A stretch of DNA of 64,000 nucleotides from a virus. The notes under the pieces are model-generated. The model was not told where the DNA came from, did no database searches, and saw only the letters and a list, made by a program, of their open reading frames with translations. Shown piece by piece: positions 60,088 through 64,000 of this stretch. Made by a program: the position numbers and the translations under genes. Position 1 is the stretch's first letter. The number at the start of each line of letters is the position of its first letter. The stretch covers positions 32,001 to 96,000 of IMG/VR virus record IMGVR_UViG_3300037245_001077. One strand, written 5' to 3'.

Positions 60088-62499
60088 ATGGCTGGAACAA
60101 TTTTGAGTGATGATTTCACCCTCTATCACAAGAGTGAAAATCGTCAGATGCGAATTGTGTGGACAGGTGGCACAGGTGAGACTGATACTCGTACCATGAA
60201 AGAGTGGTATTTAGCGTTGCAGGATTACTTCGATGAGCCTGGACGAATGGTTGAAGGCGAGCCGATGTCAGCGCAGACGCCTACTGATTACACCCTTGGG
60301 ATCATTGATCCCTTCGAGGTTGAGCCTTGGTTTGTAGATCGAACTACTATGGAGCACCTAACAGGTGGTGCGCTCCAGACTGCTAGTTGGAAGCGTACTG
60401 TGGATTCGAACACAGGAGTTATCAAGTTAACGGTGGATAATACTGACATTGTTACTGGTGATATCGGGGAAACAATCACCGGAGATGCAGACTCTGATGA
60501 AGGTGTTCTGCTTGATGTGCAGGGAACTGGTTCGGGTTCGGAGCTTTGGGTGCGACCGCTGACTAGTGCGATTGGGAATAGCTTCGACAATAATACACAG
60601 GCTCTTACGTGTAATACGAATACGGCTGTTCAGGAAGCAGATCCAGAAGATGGTGAGACTCTGTGGGCTGGTGTTTTCACGCAGGGCAACTTGGAAGATC
60701 TTACCCACATTTACGTGTACCAGGATGGTACTCGTTTGACTGAGTACAAGGATGCTTCTCCGGTTGAGGACTGGTGGGAAGATGGCCACATTGACAAACT
60801 ATACTTAGTCAAAGAGGTGGATACCCTTATTGACGAGGGCTTCATCACTGTGTTGGCGCGTCAGTTCACTACCCTTTATGCATATTGGGAAGTGGATCTT
60901 TCCGCTGGTGGAAGAAACGCGGTCCCGGTTACGACCGGACCCGACATTAACAACCTCGTTGGCTACAAGATCATTACAACTGACGCCGATCATACTGGAC
61001 CGTTCACAATCGGTGAGGAGATCACTGGCGGAACGTCGTTTGCTCGTGGGGTGGTCACTGCCTTCGTGGACGATGCGTCGATTTCTTACTACCTGATTGG
61101 TGAGTCGATTACGGTGGACTTCCAGTCTGGTGAGGTGATCACCGGGACGGATTCAACCTTCTGGGCCACTTCGAATGGTGCTCCAGGGGACGCTGGACCG
61201 GCTTCTCTTTCTGGTCTGTCGATCACACACGCTAGTAACAACACGTTTGACATTGATGAGGATGGTAACGACGAGTACTACTCTATTGTCATTGATGTTT
61301 CGAATGAGTTGGTTACATTGGCTTACCCGTGGTCGCAGTATATCCAGATGCGTGGTCAAACTGGTACAACCGATACGGATGGTGTGCCCGCTGAGGCGTA
61401 CCTGGGTACTGATTACCGGCTAGGTTACACTACACTGTCTGGATCTATTGCTGAGGGTTCTGTGGTTATTGGCGCGGAGAGTGGCGCGACCGCTACTGTA
61501 GTTGCTCACCACTTGACTCCGAAGATTCTTATTCTTCGGAATACTCGTGGAGACTTTAACCCGGCTGAGCAGGTTGATGAGGGTGGTAACAACGTGAGTA
61601 ACGTGGTACCCACCAAGCTTACTCCGGTTTCAGTTGCTCCATATGGCACCTTTGCTGGTGGCACGTGGTACTGTGCTCCTGGTGTAGTGCTTGATAACGT
61701 CAACACTAACGACACTAATAAGTGGAATACTACGGATGACGAAGGGTTCGCTAAGCAGCGTCCGACTAAGGTTCCTATTGAAATCACCAACACTCGTATT
61801 GGTGACTGGCTTGCTCTGTGGCGTTTGAAGGGTTCTGGTCTTGACATCGATATCGACGAGTACACCATTGATGGGACTCAGGGTGCAGCTCCGCAGACTA
61901 CTGTTAAAGTGGACCCGGCTATCACGCCGGATACCCCGGCAGCAGGACGAATTGTTCTGCGGGACATCTCGACTGGTGTTGAGTACATTCATCGCTACAC
62001 CTCGTGGACAGGTGATGAGTTCACCCTGTTTGGTGCAGCTTCGACTACGAATGAAAGCGCAGATGAGAATAGCATTACGGATACCGGAGCTTTCGGTTCG
62101 ACCTTGGTTGGAGATCTTGTCTGCAACACTGACCGTTCGAATCAGGTGGCCTATGTCACCGAGGTGACTTCGGCTAATGAGGTGCAGATCGCACCGCCGA
62201 TTACTGGTCAGACTAATGGGGATGCCTACGTGCTCGGCTACACAGCGGATTACACCGCTCTTGCTGTCGAGGATTACGCCTACGTTCCGTTCATGTTGGT
62301 CTATGAGACCACTGGTACTGATGGTTCACCTGGGACTGAAAGCACTGAGATAACGTACTCTGGTTCAATTCCGGTTCTGCTTCGTGCTCGTAACGCCGCA
62401 GGAACTGGTTACAACATTAAACCTTTCGCCACTGAGGTTGCTATCGGTGGAGGTGGTCTAGCTCAGGGTGTTATTCGTAACCCGGAGACAATTTCATAA
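60088..62499 (+). CDS. Putative tail or virion structural protein
   Basis: 803 aa, repeated GExITGxxS.A.G.V beta modules. Confidence 0.8.
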   Translation: MAGTILSDDFTLYHKSENRQMRIVWTGGTGETDTRTMKEWYLALQDYFDEPGRMVEGEPMSAQTPTDYTLGIIDPFEVEPWFVDRTTMEHLTGGALQTASWKRTVDSNTGVIKLTVDNTDIVTGDIGETITGDADSDEGVLLDVQGTGSGSELWVRPLTSAIGNSFDNNTQALTCNTNTAVQEADPEDGETLWAGVFTQGNLEDLTHIYVYQDGTRLTEYKDASPVEDWWEDGHIDKLYLVKEVDTLIDEGFITVLARQFTTLYAYWEVDLSAGGRNAVPVTTGPDINNLVGYKIITTDADHTGPFTIGEEITGGTSFARGVVTAFVDDASISYYLIGESITVDFQSGEVITGTDSTFWATSNGAPGDAGPASLSGLSITHASNNTFDIDEDGNDEYYSIVIDVSNELVTLAYPWSQYIQMRGQTGTTDTDGVPAEAYLGTDYRLGYTTLSGSIAEGSVVIGAESGATATVVAHHLTPKILILRNTRGDFNPAEQVDEGGNNVSNVVPTKLTPVSVAPYGTFAGGTWYCAPGVVLDNVNTNDTNKWNTTDDEGFAKQRPTKVPIEITNTRIGDWLALWRLKGSGLDIDIDEYTIDGTQGAAPQTTVKVDPAITPDTPAAGRIVLRDISTGVEYIHRYTSWTGDEFTLFGAASTTNESADENSITDTGAFGSTLVGDLVCNTDRSNQVAYVTEVTSANEVQIAPPITGQTNGDAYVLGYTADYTALAVEDYAYVPFMLVYETTGTDGSPGTESTEITYSGSIPVLLRARNAAGTGYNIKPFATEVAIGGGGLAQGVIRNPETIS

Positions 62500-62810
62500 T
62501 GAGTAGAACTACTTATGATGCTGTTGAAGCTCGTACAGTTAAAGTCTGCCGTGATGGTCATGACATTAAACTGTACTTTCGACACACTGGAATGCTCCAG
62601 GTGTTTCATAACGGTGAAATGGTTCTAGAAGATGGCCCACGTGATTACTCGGTAGCCTTGGCAAAGATCAAGGCTATCGGGATGCAATCAGAGCCTAAAC
62701 TTGAGCCTAACGATAGTGTCACGGATAGGTCCGTGCGTCGTGGGAAGAAGACTAGAACTAAGAAGGCTGTTGCGGAAAAAGCAGCGACTATGAGAGAAAT
62801 TGAGAATTGA
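62499..62810 (+). CDS. Hypothetical protein
   Basis: Coupled TAATG start. Confidence 0.6.
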   Translation: MSRTTYDAVEARTVKVCRDGHDIKLYFRHTGMLQVFHNGEMVLEDGPRDYSVALAKIKAIGMQSEPKLEPNDSVTDRSVRRGKKTRTKKAVAEKAATMREIEN

Positions 62811-62821
62811 GGTGAGGACTA

Positions 62822-62998
62822 ATGCCTGATGAAGATGGATACACAATTGAAGACATGGAAAAATGGCAAGAAAAATCAGAATCGAATATCGCTCGGCTAG
62901 AAGAAGGAATCGAGCGTGAGCGTGAAGCCCATCGCCGCGCTCAGATCATAATTGACGATTTGAAGGCGAAGAAGGCTGAAAGTGACAGTTCGGAATGA
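62822..62998 (+). CDS. Small coiled-coil protein (58 aa)
   Basis: GAGG SD, MPDEDGYTIEDMEKW... Confidence 0.55.
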   Translation: MPDEDGYTIEDMEKWQEKSESNIARLEEGIEREREAHRRAQIIIDDLKAKKAESDSSE

Positions 62999-63719
62999 TA
63001 TTTGGATCGACTGGAAGGTGTCTCCTAGAATCATAACGGTGGGGGCACCTTCTGTTTTAGTCGATATCCAAGATCTTTCCGACACTATCAGAATGTTGGA
63101 AGGGTTGCGGGTTTGGGCTTTAACCCGAGATTATATTCTCGACAATGAGGGTAAATTCGATCTCGGGGCTAAGCTAACCGGTATCTCTTTGCGTCTTGTC
63201 AACGCCAAGCTTGCATTTGAGGCTCGGCTTGGTCCTGATTGGGCCGAGTGTCAAGTTTCTGGTGGCAACCTTGCAGCTACAGACAGTGGTGGTTCTGCTG
63301 TTTGGCCTATCGAATTCACCAACTACACTTCAGTAACCTTTGAGTCCGATGTTTCGGCTGCGCTGATTCCGGGCACGGGCGGTCTTACGCCTGAGCAGGA
63401 AATCGAGCTGACGACCGCTGCAACGGAGTCTACCGGTGCCCATACCGAGGCCACAGCTTCAGCCATAGACGCAGCCACAGCCGCTACAGAGGCCACAGGA
63501 GCGCATACTGAGGCTACAGCGGCTGCTATCGACGCTGCTACCGCAGCAACCCAAGCAGCTATTGCGGCTGTTGAAGCTACCCTTGCCCGAAAACTCGACT
63601 CCAACAAAGCGATTGTCTCCCTAGACGACCTTACGGCTACCATCTACGACGATGATGGCAACACAGAGCTTATTGTGTTTGATATCTCAATAGACAAGCG
63701 TCAAAGGATACCCCAATAA
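62982..63719 (+). CDS. Putative virion fibre protein with Ala/Thr repeats
   Basis: 21-aa repeat TAATE.TGAHTEATA.AIDAA. Confidence 0.7.
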   Translation: MTVRNDIWIDWKVSPRIITVGAPSVLVDIQDLSDTIRMLEGLRVWALTRDYILDNEGKFDLGAKLTGISLRLVNAKLAFEARLGPDWAECQVSGGNLAATDSGGSAVWPIEFTNYTSVTFESDVSAALIPGTGGLTPEQEIELTTAATESTGAHTEATASAIDAATAATEATGAHTEATAAAIDAATAATQAAIAAVEATLARKLDSNKAIVSLDDLTATIYDDDGNTELIVFDISIDKRQRIPQ

Positions 63720-64000
63720 TGCTGCCTGGAGCTTATCCTCATTGGTTGATGGGTACGCCTAGTGTGCTACCTGAGTGGCTAGGTGTATACCGCGATGAGA
63801 TAGAAGAGGGGATACGTCTTGTCGAAGGGTACATTGTGGACCCTTGGGGCAGACCAGTTAACGGGCGGGTGACTTTCAAAAGACTGCTTCGTCAGTACCC
63901 CCCTAACGTTTATCCGGTTGAGTATGAGGCAGAGGTGGTGGCTGGTTACTACTCTATCGAGTTAGCCGATGACCGGTGGTACGACATCCTAGTTGTGGAT
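63719..64000 (+). CDS. Hypothetical protein (3' truncated)
   Basis: TAATG coupling, frame open to the window end. Confidence 0.55.
   Translation, partial: MLPGAYPHWLMGTPSVLPEWLGVYRDEIEEGIRLVEGYIVDPWGRPVNGRVTFKRLLRQYPPNVYPVEYEAEVVAGYYSIELADDRWYDILVVD

Noticed and set aside
1306-63643. Minus-strand ORFs in the track
   Set aside because: Almost all shadow convincing + strand genes or RNAs, and none shows a recognisable domain.
1-64000. Stop-codon reassignment (recoded phage)
   Set aside because: Core genes are intact in code 11, TAG/TGA/TAA all end genes at coupled junctions, and no CUA/UCA/UUA suppressor tRNA was found.

Overview
This window is part of a large tailed dsDNA phage genome (T4/SPO1-like gene content; nearly all genes on the + strand, standard genetic code). 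It has four parts. (1) 1-15.3 kb: replication and recombination, with a split family-A DNA polymerase (UDG-like plus 3'-5' exonuclease gene, a separate polymerase gene, and a membrane ORF between them), UvsY-like, gp32-like SSB, RecA/UvsX, Mre11/Rad50, a Holliday junction resolvase, a NYN protein and a probable terminase small subunit. (2) 15.3-40.7 kb: about 90 small accessory ORFs, including an Acb2/Tad1-type sponge and a SLOG protein. (3) 40.7-49.5 kb: an RNA island with 28 tRNAs covering all 20 amino acids, a tmRNA, a ~870 nt GOLLD-like RNA with an embedded tRNA-like element, boxA sites, and a family of basic proteins sharing an MTREELIEAIVE N-terminus. (4) 50-64 kb: a MarR regulator, a glycoside-hydrolase-like lipoprotein and virion proteins. 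The main finding is that each of the three multi-tRNA operons is preceded by a 13-22 codon leader peptide built almost entirely from the codons read by that operon's own tRNAs, followed by mutually exclusive antiterminator/terminator hairpins. This looks like a multiplexed ribosome-mediated attenuator that would switch phage tRNA operons on when the matching host tRNAs are depleted or cleaved. All calls were made by eye with no database searches.
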